From: an uncultured Psychroserpens sp.
GTDB taxonomy: Bacteria > Bacteroidota > Bacteroidia > Flavobacteriales > Flavobacteriaceae
Direction: 5' to 3'
Assembly (NCBI GenBank): GCA_947488655.1
Contig: CANKZZ010000007.1
Coordinates: 24,928-88,927, forward strand
Length of the DNA: 64,000 bases
A model generated the notes under the pieces. The model made no database searches. It was given only the letters and a program-made list of their open reading frames with translations, and was not told the origin of the DNA. A program made the translations under genes and the position numbers. Numbering within the stretch: the first letter of the stretch is position 1; every line of letters starts with the position of its first letter. Below, piece after piece: positions 56,095 through 64,000 of the stretch.

Positions 56095-57144
56095 TTATAT
56101 AATTAACATAGCATCACCATAAGTGTAAAAACGATATTTTTCTTTTACCGCTATTTCATAAGCTTCTTTCATAAAATCATGACCTGCAAATGCAGATACC
56201 ATCATTAATAAAGTAGACTTTGGTGTATGGAAATTAGTAATCATACTATTAGCTATACTAAAATCATACGGAGGAAAAATAAATTTATTTGTCCAACCAG
56301 TAAATTCATTAAGTGTTCCGCTAGATGAAACAGAACTTTCTATAGCTCTCATTGCAGTTGTACCTACAGCACAAATACGTCTTTTCTCGGCTATACCTTG
56401 GTTAATGATATCTGTTGCTGGTTTTGTTACGTAAATCTCTTCGCTATCCATTTTATGCTTAGATAAATCTTCTACCTCAACTGGGTTAAAAGTACCTAAA
56501 CCAACATGTAATGTAACTTCTGGTAACTTTACTCCTTTTATTTCTAAACGTTTAAGTAAATGCTTTGAGAAGTGTAAACCTGCTGTTGGTGCTGCTACTG
56601 CTCCTTCATTTTTAGCAAAAATGGTTTGGTAACGCTCAGAATCTTCTGGCTCTACTTCTCTTTGTATGTATTTTGGTAAAGGAGTTTCTCCTAGCTCTGT
56701 TAATTTTCTTCTAAATTCATGGTATGAACCATCGTATAAGAAACGTAATGTTCTACCTCTAGAAGTTGTATTATCAATAACCTCTGCTACTAGAGTTTCG
56801 TCATCTCCAAAATATAATTTATTACCAATTCTAATTTTACGTGCAGGATCTACTAATACATCCCAAAGACGCTGCTCTTCGTTTAATTCTCTAAGTAAGA
56901 ACACTTCTATTCTTGCACCTGTTTTTTCTTTATTACCAAATAAACGTGCAGGAAACACTTTGGTATTATTTAAAATCATCACATCATCTTCTTCAAAATA
57001 ATCAATGACATCTTTAAAAAGTTTATGCTCGATTGTTTGATTTTTTCTATCTAAAACCATTAGTCTTGACTCGTCTCTAATATCTGAAGGACGCTCAGCT
57101 AATAATTCATCTGGTAGATCAAAATGGAAGTGTGATAATTTCAT
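56095..57144 (-). CDS. queA: S-adenosylmethionine:tRNA ribosyltransferase-isomerase
   Basis: The N-terminus MKLS.F.F.LP..LIA..P, the ...AAPTAGLHF... motif and the 349-aa length fit QueA. Confidence 0.95.
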   Translation of the reverse strand: MKLSHFHFDLPDELLAERPSDIRDESRLMVLDRKNQTIEHKLFKDVIDYFEEDDVMILNNTKVFPARLFGNKEKTGARIEVFLLRELNEEQRLWDVLVDPARKIRIGNKLYFGDDETLVAEVIDNTTSRGRTLRFLYDGSYHEFRRKLTELGETPLPKYIQREVEPEDSERYQTIFAKNEGAVAAPTAGLHFSKHLLKRLEIKGVKLPEVTLHVGLGTFNPVEVEDLSKHKMDSEEIYVTKPATDIINQGIAEKRRICAVGTTAMRAIESSVSSSGTLNEFTGWTNKFIFPPYDFSIANSMITNFHTPKSTLLMMVSAFAGHDFMKEAYEIAVKEKYRFYTYGDAMLII

Positions 57145-57246
57145 AAGTATTATTTATTTTTTTAAGTCATACGTGATAAAAATAATTTAAATGATAATTA
57201 CTATTCTCATCAATTAAATTAATATCCCATAATTTTTTAGAAGTTG

Positions 57247-57254
57247 CAAATATA
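57247..57254 (-). promoter_or_regulatory. candidate -7 box TATATTTG (TAnnTTTG) upstream of queA
   Basis: The reverse complement of CAAATATA matches the consensus. A TTG lies 21 nt upstream (57276..57278). The box is about 100 nt from the queA ATG, so a long leader would be required. Confidence 0.3.
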
Positions 57255-57292
57255 CAATCTCAAGATAGGCGTTGTCAAGTAAAACGCAGTAT

Positions 57293-58519
57293 TTATTTAG
57301 AAAATTTAAAACCCAGTACTTTTAAATCGTCCCAAAACGTAGGATATGATTTTGAAACCACCATATGATCTTCAATATTTAAATTGGTTTTTAATGCCAA
57401 AGGCGCAAATGCCATTGCCATTCTATGATCGTTATACGTAGCTATAGTAACGTCTTTTGTAATTTGTGATGATTTATAAAGTGTTAAAGAGTCGTTAGTA
57501 ATATCAACCTCAGCACCCAACTTTTGCAATTCATTTTTAAGTGCAACCAACCTATCGGTTTCTTTAATTTTTAGCGTATGTAAACCTGTTAGATGACACT
57601 TTATGCCCAATCCTAAGCAAGTTACTGCTATAGTTTGAGCTATATCTGGCGAATTATTAAGTTGAAATTCTACAACAGCATCTAGATTATCATCTATTTT
57701 TTTTAGTACAATTACCTTTTCTTTAAACACTGTTTCTACACCAAATGACAAATAAATCTCTGCCAAAACCGAATCTCCTTGCAATGATTTCTCTTTGTAT
57801 GAGGTTAATTCAATTTCTGTTCCCAGAGGACTCAAAGCTACAATACTATAAAAATAAGATGCAGATGACCAGTCTGATTCTACAGTAAGACGATTTGATT
57901 TAAGTGCATCTTTTTTTGGTTGCACAGTGATTACTTGATCATTAAAGGTCGTTTCAATTCCTACCTGATTTAATAAATCTAAGGTCATATTTATATATGG
58001 AATAGATGTTATTTTACCATCCAATGTTAACTCTAGTCCGTTTTCTAATCGAGATGCAATTAATAATAATGCTGAAATGTACTGACTACTAACATTTGCA
58101 TTTAAAGTAACCTTAGATTTAGTAAGCGTTTTCCCTTTTATACTAATTGGCGGACAACCATGTGTTTCTAAATAAGAAATCTCTGCTCCTAATTGATTCA
58201 AAGCATCAACCAAAATCTCAATTGGTCTTTCTTTCATACGTGCAGAACCTGTAAGTACAACCTCTCGACCTTCTTTACTGGCAAAATAAGCAGTTAAAAA
58301 ACGCATTGCAGTACCAGCATGATGAATGTCTATAATTTTTTCTTCGGAAGCTAAAGCCTTTTGCATTACTTGAGAATCATCAGAGTTTGACACGTTCTCG
58401 ACCTCAAGTTCTGGATATAATGCTTGGAGTAATAACAATCTATTAGATTCACTTTTTGAACCAGTAATTGTAATGTTTGATTGTTTTTTTATTGAAGAAT
58501 TGAGAAGTTGTAGTGTCAT
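57293..58519 (-). CDS. aroA: 3-phosphoshikimate 1-carboxyvinyltransferase
   Basis: EPSP synthase motifs are present (GSKSESNR, HAGTAMRF, NDHRMAMAF). 408 aa. Confidence 0.95.
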   Translation of the reverse strand: MTLQLLNSSIKKQSNITITGSKSESNRLLLLQALYPELEVENVSNSDDSQVMQKALASEEKIIDIHHAGTAMRFLTAYFASKEGREVVLTGSARMKERPIEILVDALNQLGAEISYLETHGCPPISIKGKTLTKSKVTLNANVSSQYISALLLIASRLENGLELTLDGKITSIPYINMTLDLLNQVGIETTFNDQVITVQPKKDALKSNRLTVESDWSSASYFYSIVALSPLGTEIELTSYKEKSLQGDSVLAEIYLSFGVETVFKEKVIVLKKIDDNLDAVVEFQLNNSPDIAQTIAVTCLGLGIKCHLTGLHTLKIKETDRLVALKNELQKLGAEVDITNDSLTLYKSSQITKDVTIATYNDHRMAMAFAPLALKTNLNIEDHMVVSKSYPTFWDDLKVLGFKFSK

Positions 58520-58567
58520 AAAAAAAATAGTCGTCTTTTAATCTTAACAATTGCAAAGACGTAAGTT

Positions 58568-58894
58568 TTATTTTAATTTATCATTATTGTGATGCCTATT
58601 ATGATCTCGTTTAGTTTTTAAATCTAATTTTTTATCAAAAGCACTTTGCAGATCAATACCTGTTTGATTTGCCAAACACAAAACTACAAAAACTACATCT
58701 GCTAGCTCTTCTCCTAAGTCTTTATTTTTATCACTTTCTTTTTCGCTTTGCTCACCGTAGCGTCTTGCAATTATTCTTGCAACCTCACCAACTTCTTCTG
58801 TGAGTTGCGCCATATTAGTGAGCTCGTTAAAATAACGTACACCATGTTCTTTAATCCATGTGTCAACTTCTAATTGTGCGTTTTTGATATCCAT
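58568..58894 (-). CDS. MazG-like nucleotide pyrophosphohydrolase
   Basis: Has E..EEVGE......E..E.GEELADV, the all-alpha NTP-PPase EExxE motifs. Confidence 0.8.
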   Translation of the reverse strand: MDIKNAQLEVDTWIKEHGVRYFNELTNMAQLTEEVGEVARIIARRYGEQSEKESDKNKDLGEELADVVFVVLCLANQTGIDLQSAFDKKLDLKTKRDHNRHHNNDKLK

Positions 58895-58895
58895 T

Positions 58896-59435
58896 CTAAA
58901 TTGGTTTAAGTACTATTTTTTCAGATTCTTTCTCAATGGCTTGAACGAAGAATTGTTTAAAGAACGTATAATTTTCAGCAAGAATAAAAGAAGAATTGAT
59001 ATTTAACTCGACGTTAATTTGTAAAAAGCGTCCGTTTTGATTTATTAGGTATTTAAATTCTCCTGTATGATCTGCAAAATCTAAAGCCACATTTTCTGGT
59101 AAAGATTCAACGTCATAACCTTCGGGCAGCATAATGTTAACCATATATTTATCAGACATTGGGTAGATCAAATCAATTGGTAACATACGTTCATCCTGCT
59201 TAAATGGGTTTTCTTGAGTTGCTAAAAATAGTAATGGAGAAAAGTAAAGCTTATCTCCTTTTCTATAGTCAAATCGTATACTTTCCCTTTTAAATAAAAC
59301 AGCAGCATTAGCTGTTGGATCTTTAGGGTGCTCCTTTTCGGCAAGTTCAGCTTTAGAAACTTTACCAAATTTAAAATTTTGAGCTTGTAAATTTAAAGCA
59401 ATAAGCAGTAGCAATGAGGTAATAAGAACTCTCAT
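58896..59435 (-). CDS. internally deleted DUF3857/DUF3858-family paralog (N-terminal about 60 aa joined to C-terminal about 115 aa)
   Basis: Signal peptide plus FKFGKVSKAELAEKEHPKDPTANAAVLF (family N-terminus) runs directly into NPFKQDERMLPIDLIYP...LPEGYDVESLPE...IVLKPI (DUF3858-like C-terminus). The transglutaminase-like core seen in the 634-aa neighbour is missing. Confidence 0.5.
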   Translation of the reverse strand: MRVLITSLLLLIALNLQAQNFKFGKVSKAELAEKEHPKDPTANAAVLFKRESIRFDYRKGDKLYFSPLLFLATQENPFKQDERMLPIDLIYPMSDKYMVNIMLPEGYDVESLPENVALDFADHTGEFKYLINQNGRFLQINVELNINSSFILAENYTFFKQFFVQAIEKESEKIVLKPI

Positions 59436-59438
59436 AGT

Positions 59439-61343
59439 TTAGGTTTTAGAAATCAATACAATTTTAGATTTATCATGTTTTACCATGGTTGACATAAATG
59501 TCCTAAAATCATCATAAGCGTCTTTAGAGAAGTAGCCTTTATTTAGAATTTGTGTGCGTTTATAAAGTAACTTATTATCAGATAATTTTTCAATAGAAAA
59601 AGAGTAGCTTCCAAATTTATTTGAGATTTCAACTGGATTTGGCATCGCTTCAATTTCAAAATTTGGACCTATATTAATAACAAACTCATCTTCGTCTTTA
59701 TAACCTCTATCTATTTCAAAATCTAAAGTTCTCTCTTTATATCGCGTTGGGATTCTTGTTACTCTATTAAAAGCATTTGGCTGAAATAACAATCGTTTCC
59801 CACTCTTTGTAGCAAAATTAGAAGTCGTAACACTCACAATCTCTGTAAAAACAACATTATTTTTATCATTTTCAAATTTTATATTTTCTACGGAAATGTT
59901 ATTTATATAATCCCAATAGTCTTTAAAATACAATTCTTGATCGCGTAAGGGTTTATTTTGAATCCCTTCGTGAAGCGCATATTTAAACCCTTGTGTTTTA
60001 ATTACTACTTCTGCGGAAATGGAACCGTCCTCAACAATGTCTATAATTGCATTAGTAGTTTGTAAATTATCCTCAGTCTCGTAAACTGTGGTGTGTATAA
60101 TTTTACCGCCTTCTGGTGTAATAAGCAATGCATCTCTATCGTCGGTAAAACCAGCGATAAAACCAAACGGATTAGTTTGACTAGTACATTCCAACCAAAT
60201 ATCCTTAGTTTCATTTGGTATACACAAAACTGCATGATTACCTTCGGTTGCAGAAAACTCATTATCAAAACTTGTTAAATCTCTACCATCATAAATAACT
60301 GCGTAGTATGATTTTACACCAACCTCATCCAAAAGTGATTTTGTATAATTAGATAAACCTTTACAATCTGCATAACCTAAACGTTGTACATCTCCTGCTA
60401 ACATAGGTTTCCATCCTCCAATACCAACTTGCACGCTAATATAACGCGTTTTGTCTTGCATATAATTATAAACAATTCTAGCTTTATCAGCATCTGTAGT
60501 TGCCTCTTTTGTTAGCGCTTTAATTTCTTCTTTTACTTCAATTGGTATCATTTCTGTACCAGTTAAAAGCTCATCATACATCCATTTTCCAAAATCTTGC
60601 CAATTGGTGTTGACACCTTTAACTCCTTCCATATCAAAGTCTGTTAAGGCAGCTCTCACTTTAGGAGCATAACTTTGAAAAGCTGGACTAAAAGCTTCAG
60701 GTTTTATGGATTTTAAATGATTAGCCGAATAATGAAAATCACTGTGTGTTTTAATAGCATAATCATCAATGTTTATAGCTTTGATTTTGACCTTTGTATC
60801 AGAGTTGTTAATGATTTTATATTCTGAATTTTCTGTACTTACATAAAAGCCCCTAAGAGGTCTCCAAGATGGCACAAAAGCAGTACTTCTAAATTCTACT
60901 TCTGTTTCAAAAACTATAGTATATGGATAATTTATTGGTGTATAATTAAGATATTTTAATCGATTTTCAGAATATAATGTTCCTCCACTTACAGCACTCA
61001 CATCTTCAAAATCCTTTTCTTTAAACTTCTTTATTTCTTCGCCATTACTATTGTAGATTCTAGCTTCTAAGGTTTTAATCTTTCTATTTTCGTCATATCC
61101 TACAACAGTACCTTGATCTGATATCCCATTTTCATTATAGACAGTTACGATACGTTTATTACTATATAAAAAATTATTATAAGCTTTTACTTCTATAAGT
61201 GTATTGTCATACCTAACAACTGCATTAGCTTTTATTCTTAATTGTAAAGGAACAGTAGAAGATTTAAGAAGATTTTCATCTTGAGCGTTAACAAAAGGAG
61301 AGATTAATATTGCGAACAATATTACGCAGAGTTTTAAGGGCAT
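59439..61343 (-). CDS. DUF3857 / transglutaminase-like / DUF3858 domain protein
   Basis: 634 aa with a signal peptide. Has a transglutaminase-like core (..GYADCKGLSNY.., ..GNHAVL..) and a C-terminal DUF3858-like region. Confidence 0.75.
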   Translation of the reverse strand: MPLKLCVILFAILISPFVNAQDENLLKSSTVPLQLRIKANAVVRYDNTLIEVKAYNNFLYSNKRIVTVYNENGISDQGTVVGYDENRKIKTLEARIYNSNGEEIKKFKEKDFEDVSAVSGGTLYSENRLKYLNYTPINYPYTIVFETEVEFRSTAFVPSWRPLRGFYVSTENSEYKIINNSDTKVKIKAINIDDYAIKTHSDFHYSANHLKSIKPEAFSPAFQSYAPKVRAALTDFDMEGVKGVNTNWQDFGKWMYDELLTGTEMIPIEVKEEIKALTKEATTDADKARIVYNYMQDKTRYISVQVGIGGWKPMLAGDVQRLGYADCKGLSNYTKSLLDEVGVKSYYAVIYDGRDLTSFDNEFSATEGNHAVLCIPNETKDIWLECTSQTNPFGFIAGFTDDRDALLITPEGGKIIHTTVYETEDNLQTTNAIIDIVEDGSISAEVVIKTQGFKYALHEGIQNKPLRDQELYFKDYWDYINNISVENIKFENDKNNVVFTEIVSVTTSNFATKSGKRLLFQPNAFNRVTRIPTRYKERTLDFEIDRGYKDEDEFVINIGPNFEIEAMPNPVEISNKFGSYSFSIEKLSDNKLLYKRTQILNKGYFSKDAYDDFRTFMSTMVKHDKSKIVLISKT

Positions 61344-61420
61344 TGATAAGCATTTTAGTTAAGTGGGTTTTCAAATATATAATTTTTACATAAACAGCAT
61401 GTGTAAATGGTCGTAAAAAT

Positions 61421-61951
61421 TCATAAATTATTAGAGGTCAGCTTTTTTGATAAAAAATAATGCATCAACAAAATGATTCCACAAGGCATAGCAATGTATT
61501 GAATCTCACTCAAAATAACTCTAATTCCCCATTGCGAAAAGAAATTTTCTATGCCTATTGGTGACACTTTAATCTCTCTAAAAGTGAAGAAATATCGAGA
61601 ATTATCAAAAGGAATAAAAAAACCTACGCCTTTTCCTCCAGATGTCATTGCATCTAATAAACCATGTGATATAGTTGATATAAATAAAACAATTGCAAAA
61701 ATTAGTTTTTTAGATTTTCCGAAGAAAAAAGTAAGTAACGCACTCCATAACAAAGCAAACAAGATAGAATGTGTAAAACCACGATGGCCTAAAGGGTGTA
61801 AATAGTCTATACCAATTGAAAAACCTATTACATCTATATCTGGCAGAATTGACGACAATATTGCCAAAAAGACCAATGATTTACTCGTCTTAGAATCTGC
61901 AACTTTTGCTACTGTGTATGCCACCAAACCATGACCGAAAATTGATGCCAT
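61421..61951 (-). CDS. membrane-bound metal-dependent hydrolase (YdjM/DUF457 family)
   Basis: Has GHGLV..., LPDIDVIG and HRGFTHS motifs. Its ATG overlaps the dtd stop (TAATG). Confidence 0.7.
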   Translation of the reverse strand: MASIFGHGLVAYTVAKVADSKTSKSLVFLAILSSILPDIDVIGFSIGIDYLHPLGHRGFTHSILFALLWSALLTFFFGKSKKLIFAIVLFISTISHGLLDAMTSGGKGVGFFIPFDNSRYFFTFREIKVSPIGIENFFSQWGIRVILSEIQYIAMPCGIILLMHYFLSKKLTSNNL

Positions 61952-62403
61952 TACACTTTATCTTTTGTATCTATGATAATAGTTACTGGACCATCATTGA
62001 GCAATTCTACTTTCATATCTGCTCCAAACTCACCTGTTTGTACTGGTTTTCCTAAATCTGTTTCTAATTGTGTTACAAAGGCTTCGTACAATGGTATTGC
62101 AACATCTGGTTTTGCTGCTTTTATATAACTAGGTCTGTTGCCTTTTTTTGTACTTGCCTGTAATGTAAATTGACTAACAACAATGGCGTCTCCTTGGGTT
62201 TGAAGTAGTGAGGTATTCATTACACCACCTTCATCTGAAAAAATTCGAAGATTGGAAATTTTATTTGAGAGCCATTTAATATCTTCTTGTGAATCATCAT
62301 TAACAATACCAAGTAAAACTAATAATCCAGAATTAATATTGGCTACTTTTTTACCTTCTATGGCTACTGAGGCGTTTGCGACGCGTTGAATGACTGCTTT
62401 CAA
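61951..62403 (-). CDS. dtd: D-aminoacyl-tRNA deacylase
   Basis: MKAVIQRV..., VSQFTL and GADM.V.L.NDGPVT are typical. TTG is the only possible start, because a TAA lies 4 codons upstream. Confidence 0.95.
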   Translation of the reverse strand: MKAVIQRVANASVAIEGKKVANINSGLLVLLGIVNDDSQEDIKWLSNKISNLRIFSDEGGVMNTSLLQTQGDAIVVSQFTLQASTKKGNRPSYIKAAKPDVAIPLYEAFVTQLETDLGKPVQTGEFGADMKVELLNDGPVTIIIDTKDKV

Positions 62404-62416
62404 AATGGTTGTTTAA

Positions 62417-63367
62417 TTATTTTTCTTCCCAATTATCTGTTCTATAATGCTCATCTTCGCCTTCTAAAATTTGAAGATAACTACGATATCTAGAATAGGA
62501 CACTTCATCATTTTCTAAGGCATCTTTTACTGCACATTTAGGCTCCTCTACATGTAAACAGTTATTAAATTTACAGTCTTGTTTAAGTTCAAAAAACTCT
62601 GGAAAATAATCTGCTACTTCTTCTTTATCCATATCAACGATACCAAACCCTTTAATACCAGGTGTATCAATAATTTTTGCATTAAATGAAAGGTCAAACA
62701 TTTCGGCAAATGTTGTGGTATGCTGTCCTTGGCTATGTTGCAAAGAAATGGCTTTGGTTTTTAAATCTAATCCTGGCTCTATAGCATTGACCAAAGTAGA
62801 TTTACCAACACCAGAGTGTCCTGCAAACATACTTACCTTATCTATCATTAATGCTTTTACCTTATCTATATTTTTTCCTGTTTCGGCAGAAATACCAATA
62901 CATTCATAACCAATTTTACGGTACACATGAGCTAAATATCTCACCTCATCTAGAGTCTCTTCGTTATAAGTATCTACTTTATTAAAAAGTAAAACGGTTT
63001 TAACTTGATAAGCCTCTGCAGTTACTAAAAAACGATCTATAAAACTTGTAAAAGTTGGCGGATTATCTATTGTAATTAACAAAAATACCTGATCTACGTT
63101 TGACGCTATTATATGAGTTTGTTTTGATAAATTAACCGATTTACGAACTATATAATTGCTACGATCATGAATTGTGTTTATAACACCAGTTACATCATCG
63201 TTATTAGTTTCTAGTTCAAAATCTACAATATCTCCCACAGCAATAGGATTGGTGCTTTTGATACCTTTTAATCTAAATTTACCTTTAATTCTGCATTGGT
63301 ATGTAGCCCCTAAATTATTTTTTACGGTATACCAACTTCCTGTAGATTTATAAACGAGTCCTGTCAT
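62417..63367 (-). CDS. rsgA: ribosome small-subunit-dependent GTPase A
   Basis: Circularly permuted GTPase (NKVD, GHSGVGKS) with a C-terminal zinc knuckle (C.F..C.H..EP.C). The ATG at 63367 (MTGLVYKSTGSWY) is preferred over the longer listed ORF. Confidence 0.9.
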   Translation of the reverse strand: MTGLVYKSTGSWYTVKNNLGATYQCRIKGKFRLKGIKSTNPIAVGDIVDFELETNNDDVTGVINTIHDRSNYIVRKSVNLSKQTHIIASNVDQVFLLITIDNPPTFTSFIDRFLVTAEAYQVKTVLLFNKVDTYNEETLDEVRYLAHVYRKIGYECIGISAETGKNIDKVKALMIDKVSMFAGHSGVGKSTLVNAIEPGLDLKTKAISLQHSQGQHTTTFAEMFDLSFNAKIIDTPGIKGFGIVDMDKEEVADYFPEFFELKQDCKFNNCLHVEEPKCAVKDALENDEVSYSRYRSYLQILEGEDEHYRTDNWEEK

Positions 63368-63431
63368 TACAACAAAGATGGTAATTATTTGGCATTTACC
63401 AACAAAAACCAATCATCAAAAGTTTCTCGTT

Positions 63432-64000
63432 TTACAATCTAATAGCCTTTTTAGAAGTTAAACGCTCTCCATTCGTAAAAATGTTTACAATGTAAATCCC
63501 AGTTGGTTGATTTGACAAATCTACATGAACACTAGAACTAGGTCTGCTTATTGCTTGACTTAAAATTATACGACCGGTTAAATCTGCTACTTCAATATGT
63601 AGTGCCGAAATATCTTCTAAAAGTTTAATATTAAAAACACCATTTTTTGAAGGGTTTGGATAGAGTTTATAACCATCATCATTATTATCTCTATTATACC
63701 AATACTCTTCAACTATAGAATAACCACAACATATGTTTGTACACCTTGTTGTCGTGCCATGATACCCAACTATAATGACCTCATCAAGTTTTTCATAATT
63801 GTCGAGTAAAATATCGCTATTGTCTAAATTACAAACAACAACTTCTTTATTTTGATAACCCAAATAACTAATTTGCAGTGTATCTGTAAGCTTAGCTTCT
63901 ATAGAAAAATAGCCAGTATCATTAGTAAAAGTTCCCTTTAGTGAGTTTTTAATTGTAATATTTGCCAATGGTAATTTTCCCGAGCTGTCTGAAACGGTTC
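63432..64000 (-). CDS. T9SS-secreted protein, C-terminal part (5' end outside window)
   Basis: The frame stays open to nt 64000 (..VSDSSGKLPLANITIKNSLKGTFTNDTGYFSIEA, CarboxypepD_reg-like). The C-terminus LYPNPSKNGVFNI....GIYIVNI is a T9SS CTD. Confidence 0.65.
   Translation of the reverse strand, partial: TVSDSSGKLPLANITIKNSLKGTFTNDTGYFSIEAKLTDTLQISYLGYQNKEVVVCNLDNSDILLDNYEKLDEVIIVGYHGTTTRCTNICCGYSIVEEYWYNRDNNDDGYKLYPNPSKNGVFNIKLLEDISALHIEVADLTGRIILSQAISRPSSSVHVDLSNQPTGIYIVNIFTNGERLTSKKAIRL

Noticed and set aside
1-64000. tRNA, rRNA, tmRNA, riboswitch, transposase, integrase or prophage content
   Set aside because: I looked for T-loop-like GGTTCGA(A/T)TCC motifs, for long non-coding GC-rich stretches, and for recombinase-like ORFs, and found none. 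The non-coding spacers longer than 150 nt are AT-rich or repeat-filled. An Infernal/tRNAscan run would be the proper confirmation.

Overview
This is a 64-kb chromosomal segment that looks like a low-GC Flavobacteriia (Bacteroidota) genome. The evidence is gldB/gldC gliding genes, several T9SS C-terminal sorting domains, TAnnTTTG-type -7 boxes and an alpha/beta-fused keto-acid dehydrogenase E1. I call about 70 protein genes. I saw no rRNA, tRNA, CRISPR array, transposase or prophage. All family assignments come from reading the translations and from memory of family signatures; nothing was searched. Layout: (1) 0-7 kb is an accessory-looking block of membrane proteins, with a CPBP protease, three multi-TM proteins, an unlisted 52-aa ORF and two tandem alpha/beta hydrolases. 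(2) 7-21 kb is housekeeping plus surface genes: hemL, a GH73-LysM hydrolase, an ACC-deaminase-family enzyme, a 1373-aa T9SS protein with three CUB-like modules, hutU and a SulP transporter. (3) 21.5-25.2 kb is the most interesting locus. It is a tightly coupled three-gene cassette encoding a 127-aa protein that ends in Gly-Gly (ubiquitin-like), an 860-aa DUF4132-type protein and a minimal ThiF/MoeB-type E1. It has no thiamine or molybdopterin genes, and no E2, DUB or rhodanese. (4) 25.2-42.5 kb is one long minus-strand block holding branched-chain keto-acid dehydrogenase E1/E2 and a complete phenylacetate (paa) catabolic cluster: TetR, paaEABCD, paaG, paaH, paaI, paaJ, paaZ and paaY. Its intergenic spacers are packed with a family of short hairpin and sequence repeats, and it is interrupted by a GIY-YIG gene and a secreted hypothetical protein. 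(5) 42.5-64 kb is housekeeping: gldBC, nadE, dnaG, ispB, rlmN, queA, aroA, dtd and rsgA. It also holds an ECF sigma module, T9SS cargo, an atypical response regulator and a truncated DUF3857/3858 paralog.
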